DNA from: Candidatus Helarchaeota archaeon
GTDB lineage: Archaea; Asgardarchaeota; Lokiarchaeia; Helarchaeales; RDOG01
Assembly: GCA_019058315.1 (NCBI GenBank)
Contig: JAHPZH010000004.1
Coordinates: forward strand, 448,001-512,000
Direction: 5' to 3'
DNA: 64,000 nt
Part shown: in pieces, positions 40,601-50,196 of the stretch
Layout: each line of letters opens with the position of its first letter
How positions within the stretch are numbered: position 1 is the first letter of the stretch
Program-made: the position numbers and the translations under genes
The notes under the pieces: generated by a model
Seen by the model: only the letters and a program-made list of their open reading frames with translations
The model's database searches: none
Told to the model about the DNA's origin: nothing

Positions 40601-42117
40601 CAGAGTTAAAACTTATAGAATCTGAATTAAAATATCGCTTGATTTCAGAGAACGCAAATGATTTGATTTCAGTGATTAATCAAAGAATTGAATTTGAATA
40701 TATCAATGAAGAGGCTTACCAGAAATTATTAGGTATTTCTAGAGGAGAAATAATCGGAAGATCACCATTAGATCTTATACATCCCGATGATCTTGAAACT
40801 GCGATTAAAACTTTCAAAATAAGTTTTAAAACTGGAGAAGGAATGAGTGAATTAAGACTCAAAAGAAAGGATGGAACTTATATCTGGTTTGAAGTTAAAG
40901 GAAAGACTTTCCTAGATAAGGATGGAGAAATTAAAGCAATTGTAATCTCAAGAGATATTACGGATAGAAAGTGGGCAGAAAAGAAAATTTTAGAAAGTGA
41001 GGAAAAATTTAGGACGATTTCAGAAAATACTTTTACTGGGATTATTATCTTACAAGATAATAAGGTGAAATATGCGAATTTAGGAATGGAAAAAATTACT
41101 GAATATTCTAAAAAAGCTATAATGAACTGGACAATAAAAAATTTAATCGATAATTTTCATCCCGCACATAAACCCTTTGTTATAGAACGTCTACGAAAAA
41201 AATCTACTGGAGAGACGACTTTTGTCCCCAATTATACATTTAAATTCTTTTCAAAATCACAGAACGTTAAATGGATTGAAATATATTCTAAAGTCATAAA
41301 TTATCAAGAATCACCTGCAGATTTAATCATTTTTATAGATGTTACAGAAAGAAAAGAAATTGAAAATGAGTTAATAAAAAGCCAACAAGAACTCATGGAA
41401 AAAAATAAATTAGCTGCAGTCGGTCAGCTTGCAGCTGGTGTAGCACACGGGCTTAATACACCTCTAGCAAATATAAACCTAACTGCTGAATATATTTATG
41501 ATTTAGTACATGAAAGGATGAATTTACCAAATTCAACTATACTATTAAAGGAGATCGCGGATATTAAAACTCAAGTTCAATTTTGTGCACAAATTGTCAA
41601 GGATCTCCTTCAATTTTCAAGAAAAATGGATTTAAACTTAAGTAAATTTGAACTTAATGAGTTATTTAAGGAAATCGTTGAATCTCCAGCAATATCATCG
41701 AAAATAAGCAAAAATAGAATAGAAATCTTATTTGAAAATAAAAAAATCTCTGAAATGGAAGGTGATAAAAGGCTCCTGTTCGAAGTTTTCCAGAACCTTA
41801 TAAATAATTCCATTGATGCACTAAAAGATAAAAAAGTCAGACCAGAAATTAAAATAAGACTTCTTAATAGGGATAATAAACTGGAAATAAAAATAGTGGA
41901 TAATGGAATCGGGATTAAACCATCAGATATGCCTAGAATTTTTGAACCATTTTTTTCGACAAAACAAGTAGGTCAAGGAACAGGACTCGGGTTGTCGATC
42001 TGTCGGGGAATAATCGAGAAGCATGGAGGAAAAATCAGTATTAATAGTATTTATGGAAAAGGAACCGAAGTTATAGTTACATTGCCAATATATTACTCTA
42101 TAAAAAATAAGGTATAA
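34651..42117 (+). CDS. Giant soluble kinase: MEDS-(PAS)16-HisKA-HATPase
   Basis: MEDS (GDHLCFIYE, GYKGLRVTGEMTW, EYEAKLN, LCQY, THP, NPYYIPP); 16 PAS units counted by eye; variant H-box AHGLNTPL. Confidence 0.92.
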   Translation: MINITIEISKQLNDLEFGDHLCFIYENQEEQYQLIIPFLLFGLNNNEKCIYITNENTKENIIQAFKKVDELEKYVKLKQLEFFTKEEIYLQSGHFDPERILNLLIQMEKLAIEEGYKGLRVTGEMTWILTGLPKVERILEYEAKLNYFLQKSKCITLCQYNKTKFLPKFLLDIIYTHPKIIINSKLCENPYYIPPTEFLARMRGDISYSIYERVTNDIFERMTKERENKAVIKKLKESKERYRLITENANDMICILNKKFIFEYINEQVHQKILGYTKNDLIGQNVINLLPPEYITENFVEEIRKRWEPGEATFTLKFRKKDGTYIWLETRGRKFTDLDGEEKVLLITRDNNERRLAERRIKESEKKYRLITENINDTIAILNNKFKVEYVNEEAHRKILGYTKEELFNLDANKYIHPDDILKIIELANRNRKKGEGDVELRFRRKDRKYVWMELRGKKFVDLDGKQKFIVIGRDITKRKFDEDKLKESEEKYRLITENLNDLLIILNKKFRIEYINEEVHQKILGYNRENLINKDVMPLCHPDDLVKGLELGRRRWEKGEGQIEFRIKKKDRNYIWVEIKGRRFFDREGKEKFLFVGRDINERKKAERELKESEERYRLITENANDMITVFNHKFKLMYINEPVHQKVLGYSKDEVLGKDTLKFVHPDDYSKILEMGRKGWFEKRSIVEFRCKKKDGTYIWLESKASRFTNKDGKDRTILFSRDITGRKQAEENLKKSEEKYRLITENIRDLVTIVNNDFNIDFINQETHKQVLGKIDQNKKGISNFAQIHPDDFEKIISLIKKCFETDKLITSTVRLRNQNGKYLLFEVKGKTFIDEYGDKKIIAISRDITKRKETEDKLKESEEKYRLITENANDLIYLLNGRFEFEFINEQTFFRLLGYSNKDILGKSAITFVYLEDREKTAKSYIKCIETGKGSFEYRFRHKNGKFIWVEAEGRKFTNNEGNEKILIISRDVTERKRVNAKLKESETKYSTLVEQARDGVAIVQDGIFKFANKALGEITGYKVNELIGTSFINYIALKQKEEAAQEIKQRLAGKRTPLLYETKIQCKDGTIKDVDVSAIFIKYKGKLANMGVLRDITDRKLAEQKIKESEEKYRLITENANDLISILNENMKFEFINERIYLKILGYSKDELIGKNPINLIHPDDLEFIVKTFKKVFETEEERAEYRFKRKNGTYIWLDARGIIFKDVDGKRKALVISTDISERKQNEEMIKEKNKFLTNVIESLTYPFYVINAKDYKVELSNLAGSFGDLTKNSTCFSLTHKSDKPCSNECLCPLEEVKKTKKAVVTEHYHYNKNGNSKIFEVHGYPILDKDGNITQIIEYSLDISERKKAEEKLKESEEKYHGLYDSLKDGVLMTDMLGNILECNRAFLDMLDYSENEIKKLTYQDLTPKKWHRIEDMIVKEKILKIGYSDEYEKEYIKKDGTVLPVNIRVWLIKNEQGKAKGMWGIVRNITERKKAEKELKESEEKYRLITENANDIIAVINDRFKFEFINEKTFQKITGYSKNEVIGKDLFKFIHAEDQFIVFSEGKKYWKTGEGISEIRIRIKSGDYRWFETKGKKYYNTQGKFRLLFFCRDITERRKAEQDLRESEEKFRTITEQSSMGIYIVQSNSIVYMNNVVSKINEYTIQEMMKWSPNDFLKTVHPDDLPLILQRMNIIQNREMNLEPFTNRIITKFGNMKWIEIYTKSIQYQGKSALLGIIIDVTEKKKAEANYQDLYHSAPIAYLSIGENSEIKMVNEAAERFLGYNLSEFQKMRVFDLYAEESKTKAQHLFKKFKHGGSWKNIEMLYKKKNGEKVYGLLSVSPIIGEGGKVLESRSVIVDITEKKESERALKEERERAQKYLDIAGVIFLATNLEGKVTLINQKGCEILGYEQNEIIDKNWLENFLPEIVKDEVRSIFLKAINGNLESFEYNETPILTKDGKELYIAWHNTILKDENGEAIGTLSSGEDITKRKLAELKLIESELKYRLISENANDLISVINQRIEFEYINEEAYQKLLGISRGEIIGRSPLDLIHPDDLETAIKTFKISFKTGEGMSELRLKRKDGTYIWFEVKGKTFLDKDGEIKAIVISRDITDRKWAEKKILESEEKFRTISENTFTGIIILQDNKVKYANLGMEKITEYSKKAIMNWTIKNLIDNFHPAHKPFVIERLRKKSTGETTFVPNYTFKFFSKSQNVKWIEIYSKVINYQESPADLIIFIDVTERKEIENELIKSQQELMEKNKLAAVGQLAAGVAHGLNTPLANINLTAEYIYDLVHERMNLPNSTILLKEIADIKTQVQFCAQIVKDLLQFSRKMDLNLSKFELNELFKEIVESPAISSKISKNRIEILFENKKISEMEGDKRLLFEVFQNLINNSIDALKDKKVRPEIKIRLLNRDNKLEIKIVDNGIGIKPSDMPRIFEPFFSTKQVGQGTGLGLSICRGIIEKHGGKISINSIYGKGTEVIVTLPIYYSIKNKV

Positions 42118-42194
42118 TTTTTAAAAATTTATAAATAGTACAATATGTTAAAAATATAATTAAATGGGTTAAATTTATTTATGGGTGAAATTTT

Positions 42195-45100
42195 TTGGAG
42201 GAAAATAATCTATTTACACCTAATAATTTGAACCTAATTTATAATTCGATAAAAGAACCAATCTTTGTTATAAACAACAAATTTACAATAACAAGTGTAA
42301 ACAAAGCGTTCACGGAACTTCTTAATTTAAAAAAAGAAGATATCATTGGTAAAAAATGTTATAAAATTTTTCATGAATCAAGTGAAGTATGGCAAAACTG
42401 TCCTTTAAAAAGTATTGAAGAAGAAATTCCTGGTCATATAGAAATTAAATATAAAAGTGGTGGATATTCCTTAAATATTTCTTGTTCACCTCTTATTGAT
42501 AATAATAGAGAGATCATAGGATTAGTTAATGTTATTAAGAAAATATCCGATTTTGTTAATACTGAAGAGAAATTAGAGAAAATTGAAGAAAAATATCGAC
42601 TAATAACAGAAAATGCTAGTGATTTAATTTACATTCTTAATGAAAAATTTAAACTTGAATTCATTAATGAAAAAGTACATAAGAAAATATTGGGTTATAC
42701 AAAAGATGAAGTCATTGGTAAAGATGCTATTAAATTCGTACATCTCGACGACTTAGCATTTGTGATTGAAAAGTCGAAAGAAAATTGGGAAAAAGGAGAA
42801 GGCACATTCGAATTTAGACTAAGAGGAAAAGACGGAAACTATAGATGGATTGAATTAAAAAGCAAAAAATTTATTAATAAAGATGGAAAGTCAAAAATAT
42901 TAAATATTGGCAGAGATATATCTGACCATAAACGAGCTGAAGAGAAATTAAAGGAATCTGAAGAACAGTTCAGAACAATTACCGAGCAATCCTTAATGGG
43001 AATATGTATTGTACAAAATAATTCAATTAAATATGCAAATGAGGCAATGTCAGTAATTGTTGAGTATTCTATTAATGAAATGTTGGAATGGAAAACAAAT
43101 GATCTTTTTAAATTAATTGCTCCAGATAATTTATCATATGCTAAAAAAGAAGCAAAAATAGTTCAAGAGAAAAAACGTAAAGGTATAACTCATGACCATT
43201 ATAAAATAGTTACAAAATATGGAAAATTCAAATGGGTTGACACTTATGCCAAAACTATAAAATTTCAAGGAAAAAATGCAGCATTAGTTACCTTCATTGA
43301 CGCTACTAAGCGGATAGAAACAGAACAGAAACTTGGAGAGTCTGAAGAAAAATATCGACTTATCACTGAAAATACAAATGATTTAATTGGGGTAATCAAC
43401 GATAAATTTGAGATTGAGTATATTAACCAATACACACAATCAAAAATAATTTCCTATCCAGAAATTAATATAATAGGGAATTACTTTCTCGATTTAATTC
43501 ATTCAGATGATCAAAAACGAGCAAAATTAATATTTAACAAATTTTTTGAGAATGAAGAGGGAAGAGAAGAATTTAGAATTAAGCAATATAATGGAACCTA
43601 CATTTGGTTCGAAATTAAAGGAAAAACATTTTTGGAAAGAAATGGAAGTAAAAAAGTTCTTCTTGTCGGAAGAGATATTTCTGAAAGAAAAGCTATGGAA
43701 GAATTAAAATTTAAGAAATCTGAACAAAAATATCGACTTATAACTGAGAATGCGAATGATTTAATTTCTATTATTAATGAAAACATGGAAAATGAATTCA
43801 TTAATGAAAAAATTCATTTAAAAACTTTGGGTTATTCTAAAAATGATTTAATTGGAAAAGTAAATGCCGATTTTATTCATGTTGAAGATCTTGAAAAAGT
43901 AACTTCATCTTTTAGAAAAGCTATCGAAATTGGAGAAGGAAAAACAGAATATAGATTCAAACGAAAAGATGGAAAATACATTTGGCTAGAGAGTCGAGGA
44001 AAAATATTTACAGATTTAGATGGTAGACAAAAGGGACTTATCATTTCAAGAGATATAACTGAAAGAAAGCTAGCTGAACAAAATTTAATAGAATCCGAAA
44101 AAAGATATCGTACATTTATCGAAAATTTTCAAGGTATTGTATTTCAAGGATATCACGATTTTTCTGCGACATTTTTCCATGGTGCAATAGAACAATTAAC
44201 AGGGTATACGGAAGATGAATTTCTATCAAGAAGTATTAAATGGGACCAAATTATCCATCCAGATGATAGAGAAGAGGTTTATAAGCAAGTTGAACTATTT
44301 ATTTCATCTTCAGAAAAAAAATCTAATAGACAATACCGTATCATTAAAAAAGATGGAGATGTAAGATATATAGCAGAATATTTTCAAAGATTTTATGATA
44401 GTATTAAGAATAAGGAGGGGGTTCGTGGTATTCTCATTGATATTACTGATGAAAAAAGTATGGAAAATAAACTTAGGGAATCTGAAGAAAAATATCGAGG
44501 ATTAATTGAAGGTGTATCTGATGCAATTATTTCAACTGACCTTAAATTCAAAATAATATCTTGGAATAAGGCTGCAGAAAGCATATATGGCTGGATAGAT
44601 AGTGAAGCTATAGGTAAAATCATGGGTAAACTTTGTCCTACAGAATATATGGGTTTAAAAGAAGAAGATGTGATTGAAAGTTTTTTTAAAAATGGTTCCT
44701 GGAATGGGGAAGTGAAACAAGTATGTAGAGAAGGAAAAGTAATTAATATTTATGCAAATGTAAATTTAATTAAGGACGAAAATGGCAATAATATCGGTAT
44801 AGTTGCAGTTAATAGAGACATCACTGAGCGTAAGAAAAGTGAAGAAAAGCTAAAGGAATCTGAAGAAAAATTTAGGACAATTTCGGAAAATTCTACTATG
44901 GCCATTTTTATCATACAAGATAATAAAGTTAAATACGTAAATAAAGCCTATGAAGAAATAACCGGATATCCAATTCAGGAAGTATTGAAATGGTCAGTAA
45001 AAGAATTATTAACAACTGTTTATCCAGAAGATTTAACCTCTGTTAGAGAAAGGCTCCGTCAGATACATTCCGAAGATATAAATCTCAAAACACATTACAA

Positions 45101-48100
45101 TTTTAGAGTTATTACAAAGTCTGGAGAATTGAAATGGATTGAAACTATTTCTAAAAACATAATGTTTCAAGGAAAAATGTCCAGATTATCCTTATTTATA
45201 GATATTTCTAAAAAGAAAGAAGCAGAACAACGACTGAGAGAATCTGAAGCAAAATTTAGGATGATAGCTGAACAATCATTAATGGGAATATCTATCATAC
45301 AAGAAAATAAAATAAAATACGTGAATGGAGCATTATCTAACATCCATGGATATTCTACAGACGAAATGATGAATTGGTCATTAATTGACCTAACAAAATT
45401 TATACATCCAGAAGATATCAATGATGTCCTAATTCAAATAAAAAGGTTGCAGAAGATACAAATAGGAAAAACTAGTGCAATTTATCGAATAATTACTAAG
45501 GCAGGAAAAATAAAATGGGTTGAAGTTTTTGCAAAAATAATAGATTTTGAAAAAAAACCTGCAATATTAACGATGATTCATGATATTTCTGAAAAAATTC
45601 AAGCAAGACAAAATCTTAAGGAATCAGAAGAAAAATATAAATCTTTGATTAATAGCATTAATGATGTGATTTTCCAAACAGATCTTAAGGGGAAAATAAA
45701 ATTTGTCTCACCTCAAATAAAAGTTTTATTTGGTTATGAGGCAGAAGAATTATTCAATAAAAATATAGTCGATTTTATTCATCCAAAAGATATACCTAAC
45801 ATTTTAAAAAAAATAGAGGGTATAATTCAAAATCGCAAAGGAGATATTAGTTTAGAATTTCTTGCAAGACATAAATCTGGAGATTATTTAACCATTTCTT
45901 CTAGAGGGGGATATATGCCAGGGAAAGTACCAAGCCTTATTACGGTATTAAGAGATATCACAGAAAAGAAAAAAATGGAAAAACTCGTTAGTAAACAAAG
46001 AGATCTTGCCTCTAAAATATTAAGAACAGAAAGTCTTACCGAATTATTTAGATTTGCTTTTCAAACCATTATTGAAACTACTGATTTTGATTGCGGAGGA
46101 ATTTATATTTTTAATGAAGATAATAATACCCTCGATCTCTCCTATCATCAAGGATTATCCGAACCCTTTGTCCATGCTGTGGCACATTATGATTCTGACT
46201 CGCCTAACGCTGAAATAGTTAAAGAAAATAGATCATTTTTTTTAAATTATGATGATCTTCTTTTAGCTAAAACTGAAGCTGAAAAGAATGAAGGTCTTAA
46301 GAGTTTTGGTCTAGTTCCTTTAAATTTCAGCAATCATACAATAGGTTGTATCAATGTTGCCTCACGTACATTAAGGAAGATTTCAGATGAATCAAAAAAG
46401 ATAATCGAGACAATTGGAAGTTATATAAGCCAATTCATATATCTTACAAGACTTAATTCTACACTCAGGGAATCAGAAAAAAAATATCGTAACCTTCTTG
46501 AGAGTTTAAATGAAGGAATTTGGGTTATTGATAAAAATAATCACACTAAATTCGTTAACGAAAATATGGCTCAAATGCTTGGGTATAATGTGGAAGAAAT
46601 GCAAGGGAGACATTTATTTTCTTTTATGGATGAGCAAGGAATTGATATTTGTAAGAGTCATTTAGAGCGGCGTCAGAGTGGGATAAAAGAACAACATGAT
46701 TTTGAGTTTATATGTAAGGATGGATCTAGAATATATGCTCTATTGGAAACATCTCCGATTTTAAATGATAAAGGAGAATATGATGGTGCGATAGCAGGAG
46801 TAATTGACATTACAGAGCGTAGAAAAGCGAAAGAAGAGTTAATTAGTAGCAAAGCAAGATTACAATTTCTTCTTAGTTCGAGTCCCGCAGTAATTTACAG
46901 TGCAGATCCAATTGGTGATTATCGGACAACATTCATTAGTGAAAATGTTAAAGCAATCACTGGTTACGAGGCGAGCGAATTTACACACCAACCAAGCTTT
47001 TGGATAGACCATGTTCATCCTGATGATTTGGATTTTGTACATACTGAAATAAATCGTTTATTAAGTAAAAAAAATCATAGTTATGAATATCGTTTCAAGT
47101 GTAAAGATGGTAATTATAGATGGTTTCGTGATATCATGGAACTGATAAGCACTAGTGATGGAAAATCGATAGAAATAGTTGGTTATTTGGCTGATATCAC
47201 ATCCCAAAAAGTAGACCAACAGAAACTTAAAGAATCTCAAAAACAACTCGAGGAATCAGAAAAAAAATATCGTAACCTTCTTGAGAGTTTAAATGAAGGA
47301 ATTTGGGTTATTGACAAGAATTATAAAATTACATTTGTTAATCAACCTATGGCAGATATGCTTGGGTACGAAATTGAAGAATTACAAGGGGAACATCTAT
47401 ATACTTTCATAGATATAAAAGAATTTAAAATATCAAAGGAAAATTTAGAACTTCAAAAAATAATAAATAAACAGCAACATGAAATCACTTTTACTCGAAA
47501 AGATGGCACTCTAATTTATACAATCGTTGGAACTTCACCAATATTAGATGATAACGAAAATTATATTGGATCGGTGGCTGCAGTAATAGATATATCGGAA
47601 CTCAAAAAAATTGAGGAGGAATTGAGAAAAAGTCAAGATAAACTCCTCGAAAAAAGTAAATTAGCAGCCGTGGGTCAGTTAGCCGCTGGCGTAGCACATG
47701 GTCTTAATACCCCTCTTGCAAATATTGCGCTTACAGCGGAATACCTTTTAAATTTAATCGATGAACCAAAACTTCCCTTTGATTTTGTTACAGCTCAGAA
47801 AGAGTTAAACGATATTAAGGTTCAAGTACAATATTGTGCAAAAATTGTTAAGAATCTCCTTCAATTTTCAAGAAAAGTGGATTTAACAATAAAAGAACTA
47901 GAACTTAATTCTCTACTAACTGCACTTTTAAATTCACCAATTATTTCATCAAAAATAAAATTTAAAGGCATCAAATTAATAACAGAAATGGTAGAACCAA
48001 TTAATATAGAAGGAGATAACATACACCTTCTCCAAGTATTCCAAAACATTCTGAATAATTCTTTTGATGCTCTAGATGATATAAAACATGAACCTGAAAT

Positions 48101-48368
48101 AAGAATTATTCTCTCGAAGACAAGTTCTGAAGCAGTAATTAAATTTATTGATAATGGAATAGGAATTAAAAAATCGGATTTATCAAGGATTTTTGAACCA
48201 TTCTTTTCAACAAAAGATGTGGGACGGGGGACAGGGCTTGGACTACCTATATCTAAGGGAATAATAGAAAAGCATGGAGGAAAAATCGATATTCAAAGCA
48301 TATATAAAGAAGGCACTGAAGTTACTATTACTTTACCCCTCTCTTCTTCTTTAAATAATAAAAACTAG
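42195..48368 (+). CDS. Giant soluble kinase: (PAS)10-GAF-(PAS)3-HisKA-HATPase
   Basis: 13 PAS units counted; GAF (DCGGIY...HQGLS...GLKSFGLVPL...IGCINVAS); variant H-box AHGLNTPL. Confidence 0.92.
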   Translation: MEENNLFTPNNLNLIYNSIKEPIFVINNKFTITSVNKAFTELLNLKKEDIIGKKCYKIFHESSEVWQNCPLKSIEEEIPGHIEIKYKSGGYSLNISCSPLIDNNREIIGLVNVIKKISDFVNTEEKLEKIEEKYRLITENASDLIYILNEKFKLEFINEKVHKKILGYTKDEVIGKDAIKFVHLDDLAFVIEKSKENWEKGEGTFEFRLRGKDGNYRWIELKSKKFINKDGKSKILNIGRDISDHKRAEEKLKESEEQFRTITEQSLMGICIVQNNSIKYANEAMSVIVEYSINEMLEWKTNDLFKLIAPDNLSYAKKEAKIVQEKKRKGITHDHYKIVTKYGKFKWVDTYAKTIKFQGKNAALVTFIDATKRIETEQKLGESEEKYRLITENTNDLIGVINDKFEIEYINQYTQSKIISYPEINIIGNYFLDLIHSDDQKRAKLIFNKFFENEEGREEFRIKQYNGTYIWFEIKGKTFLERNGSKKVLLVGRDISERKAMEELKFKKSEQKYRLITENANDLISIINENMENEFINEKIHLKTLGYSKNDLIGKVNADFIHVEDLEKVTSSFRKAIEIGEGKTEYRFKRKDGKYIWLESRGKIFTDLDGRQKGLIISRDITERKLAEQNLIESEKRYRTFIENFQGIVFQGYHDFSATFFHGAIEQLTGYTEDEFLSRSIKWDQIIHPDDREEVYKQVELFISSSEKKSNRQYRIIKKDGDVRYIAEYFQRFYDSIKNKEGVRGILIDITDEKSMENKLRESEEKYRGLIEGVSDAIISTDLKFKIISWNKAAESIYGWIDSEAIGKIMGKLCPTEYMGLKEEDVIESFFKNGSWNGEVKQVCREGKVINIYANVNLIKDENGNNIGIVAVNRDITERKKSEEKLKESEEKFRTISENSTMAIFIIQDNKVKYVNKAYEEITGYPIQEVLKWSVKELLTTVYPEDLTSVRERLRQIHSEDINLKTHYNFRVITKSGELKWIETISKNIMFQGKMSRLSLFIDISKKKEAEQRLRESEAKFRMIAEQSLMGISIIQENKIKYVNGALSNIHGYSTDEMMNWSLIDLTKFIHPEDINDVLIQIKRLQKIQIGKTSAIYRIITKAGKIKWVEVFAKIIDFEKKPAILTMIHDISEKIQARQNLKESEEKYKSLINSINDVIFQTDLKGKIKFVSPQIKVLFGYEAEELFNKNIVDFIHPKDIPNILKKIEGIIQNRKGDISLEFLARHKSGDYLTISSRGGYMPGKVPSLITVLRDITEKKKMEKLVSKQRDLASKILRTESLTELFRFAFQTIIETTDFDCGGIYIFNEDNNTLDLSYHQGLSEPFVHAVAHYDSDSPNAEIVKENRSFFLNYDDLLLAKTEAEKNEGLKSFGLVPLNFSNHTIGCINVASRTLRKISDESKKIIETIGSYISQFIYLTRLNSTLRESEKKYRNLLESLNEGIWVIDKNNHTKFVNENMAQMLGYNVEEMQGRHLFSFMDEQGIDICKSHLERRQSGIKEQHDFEFICKDGSRIYALLETSPILNDKGEYDGAIAGVIDITERRKAKEELISSKARLQFLLSSSPAVIYSADPIGDYRTTFISENVKAITGYEASEFTHQPSFWIDHVHPDDLDFVHTEINRLLSKKNHSYEYRFKCKDGNYRWFRDIMELISTSDGKSIEIVGYLADITSQKVDQQKLKESQKQLEESEKKYRNLLESLNEGIWVIDKNYKITFVNQPMADMLGYEIEELQGEHLYTFIDIKEFKISKENLELQKIINKQQHEITFTRKDGTLIYTIVGTSPILDDNENYIGSVAAVIDISELKKIEEELRKSQDKLLEKSKLAAVGQLAAGVAHGLNTPLANIALTAEYLLNLIDEPKLPFDFVTAQKELNDIKVQVQYCAKIVKNLLQFSRKVDLTIKELELNSLLTALLNSPIISSKIKFKGIKLITEMVEPINIEGDNIHLLQVFQNILNNSFDALDDIKHEPEIRIILSKTSSEAVIKFIDNGIGIKKSDLSRIFEPFFSTKDVGRGTGLGLPISKGIIEKHGGKIDIQSIYKEGTEVTITLPLSSSLNNKN
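46469..47314 (+). repeat. Exact 63-bp direct repeat within the kinase gene (46469-46531 and 47252-47314)
   Basis: GGAATCAGAAAAAAAATATCGTAACCTTCTTGAGAGTTTAAATGAAGGAATTTGGGTTATTGA occurs twice (ESEKKYRNLLESLNEGIWVID). Confidence 0.85.
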
Positions 48369-48542
48369 AACTTTTGCACTAATATAATACCTCCATTTCC
48401 AAAAAAAAATTTTAAAATTAAAAAATAGTTACTACTATTTTCTTCAAAAGTCTAATATTTACTTTTGAGTATAATTAGATTATTTGAAAAAGTTTTTCAT
48501 AGAATTTAATAATTAGGTAAAATAAAATTAGGTTCAATAGAA

Positions 48543-49691
48543 ATGTTGAATTCGGTTGAGAGAGATACTAATGAATTACAAAAAAAAGAGGAAAAATATC
48601 ATTTAATAATGGAAAATTCGAACGACTTAATTTCTTTACTTAATGGAAGATTAGAATTTGAATTTATAAATAATAAAACTTATTTTAGAATGTTGGGCTA
48701 TACAAGAGATGAACTTATCGGAAAATGTGTGTTAAATTTCATTCATCCAGACGATTCTGTGCACACAATTAATAATTTTATTAAAGGTTTTGAGACAGGG
48801 CAAGGTTATATTGAGCATCGAATTAGGCACAAAAAAGGGGATTATATTTGGATTGAAACTCGAGGAAGAAAATTAATCGACACAGATGGAAAAAATAAAC
48901 TACTATTTATCGGTAAAAACATAAATAAATACAAACTTATAGAATTAAAATTAATCAAAAACCAGAAAGAGCTTTTAGAAAGAAGAAAATTGGTCTCAAT
49001 AGGGCAGCTTGTAGCTGATATCGCACACAGCCTTAAGACACCTCTCTCTAATATAAATTTAACAGTGGATTATCTTCTAAATTTGATCAATTTCCAAAAA
49101 ATATTTCCAGATCCAAAAACTATACATGATGAAATTATAGATTTAAAAAATGAAGTTGACTTTTGTACGCAGATTGTAAAAAATCTCCTCCAATTTTCAA
49201 GAAAAGTAGATTTAAATTTGAAGAAATTCGAACTTAATAATCTTCTAACCGGACTTATATCGTCTCCTGCAATAATATCGAGGTTAAGAGAAAAAAATAT
49301 AGAAATTTTTTTTCAAAATGAAGAAAATATTATGCTCTTTGGTGATAAAACTCTCCTTTTTCAAGTTTTTCAAAATATTATAAATAATTCTATTGACGCT
49401 CTCGAGGAAGTGCAATATAGACCAAACATTAGAATTACTATCTCGAAGCTAGAGAGTCAATATGAGATAAAATTTATTGATAATGGTAGGGGTATTAAAA
49501 AATCAGATTTACCAAGAATATTTGAACCTTTTTTTTCAACAAAGCAAGTTGGGAAAGGAACAGGCCTCGGTTTGCCGATCAGTCGCGGAATAATTAGAAA
49601 ACATGGGGGTGATATAACCATCAATAGTGTTTATGGAAAAGGTACAGAAGTTATTATTAATATACCATTAATAGGTAATGAGAATGCCTGA
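48543..49691 (+). CDS. PAS-HisKA-HATPase kinase with divergent H-box
   Basis: One PAS; IAHSLKTPL; DNGRGI; GTGLGL. Confidence 0.88.
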   Translation: MLNSVERDTNELQKKEEKYHLIMENSNDLISLLNGRLEFEFINNKTYFRMLGYTRDELIGKCVLNFIHPDDSVHTINNFIKGFETGQGYIEHRIRHKKGDYIWIETRGRKLIDTDGKNKLLFIGKNINKYKLIELKLIKNQKELLERRKLVSIGQLVADIAHSLKTPLSNINLTVDYLLNLINFQKIFPDPKTIHDEIIDLKNEVDFCTQIVKNLLQFSRKVDLNLKKFELNNLLTGLISSPAIISRLREKNIEIFFQNEENIMLFGDKTLLFQVFQNIINNSIDALEEVQYRPNIRITISKLESQYEIKFIDNGRGIKKSDLPRIFEPFFSTKQVGKGTGLGLPISRGIIRKHGGDITINSVYGKGTEVIINIPLIGNENA

Positions 49692-50187
49692 AATTGCATT
49701 AAAAATCGTCGTGCTTGGCGATGAAGAAGTCGGAAAGACGTCAATAATTCTAAAGTATACCAAAAACCGTTTTACTGAAGACTATAAACCAACTTTGGGA
49801 GCTGATTTCGCGATTAGAGAATTGAAATATAATGAATTTGATGTAAAATTATATATTTGGGATATTGGAGGCGTTGATAAACATAAAGATCTTCATAAAT
49901 TTTATTTTGAAGGAGCTGATACGTTCTTATTAGTTTATGATATTACAAGATATAACACTTTTGAAAATGCTATAAATTTATGGATACCTGATATAGAACT
50001 TAACCTTAAATCAGCTTCAATTATTCTCGTTGGCAATAAAAATGATTTGGAAACTAGAAGGCAAATTTCGAGAGTGCAAATTAATGGAATAAATTCAAAT
50101 AATCTGGTTTCTTCTATTGAAACTTCCGCTAAAACTGGTAATAATATAGAAAAGGTATTCCTAAATATCTTAAAAGAAAAATTGTAA
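49678..50187 (+). CDS. Rab-like small GTPase with atypical G3
   Basis: GDEEVGKT, YKPTLGADF, WDIGGV (no Gln), NKND, ETSAK; overlaps the kinase stop. Confidence 0.9.
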   Translation: MRMPEIALKIVVLGDEEVGKTSIILKYTKNRFTEDYKPTLGADFAIRELKYNEFDVKLYIWDIGGVDKHKDLHKFYFEGADTFLLVYDITRYNTFENAINLWIPDIELNLKSASIILVGNKNDLETRRQISRVQINGINSNNLVSSIETSAKTGNNIEKVFLNILKEKL

Positions 50188-50196
50188 AAAAACATG

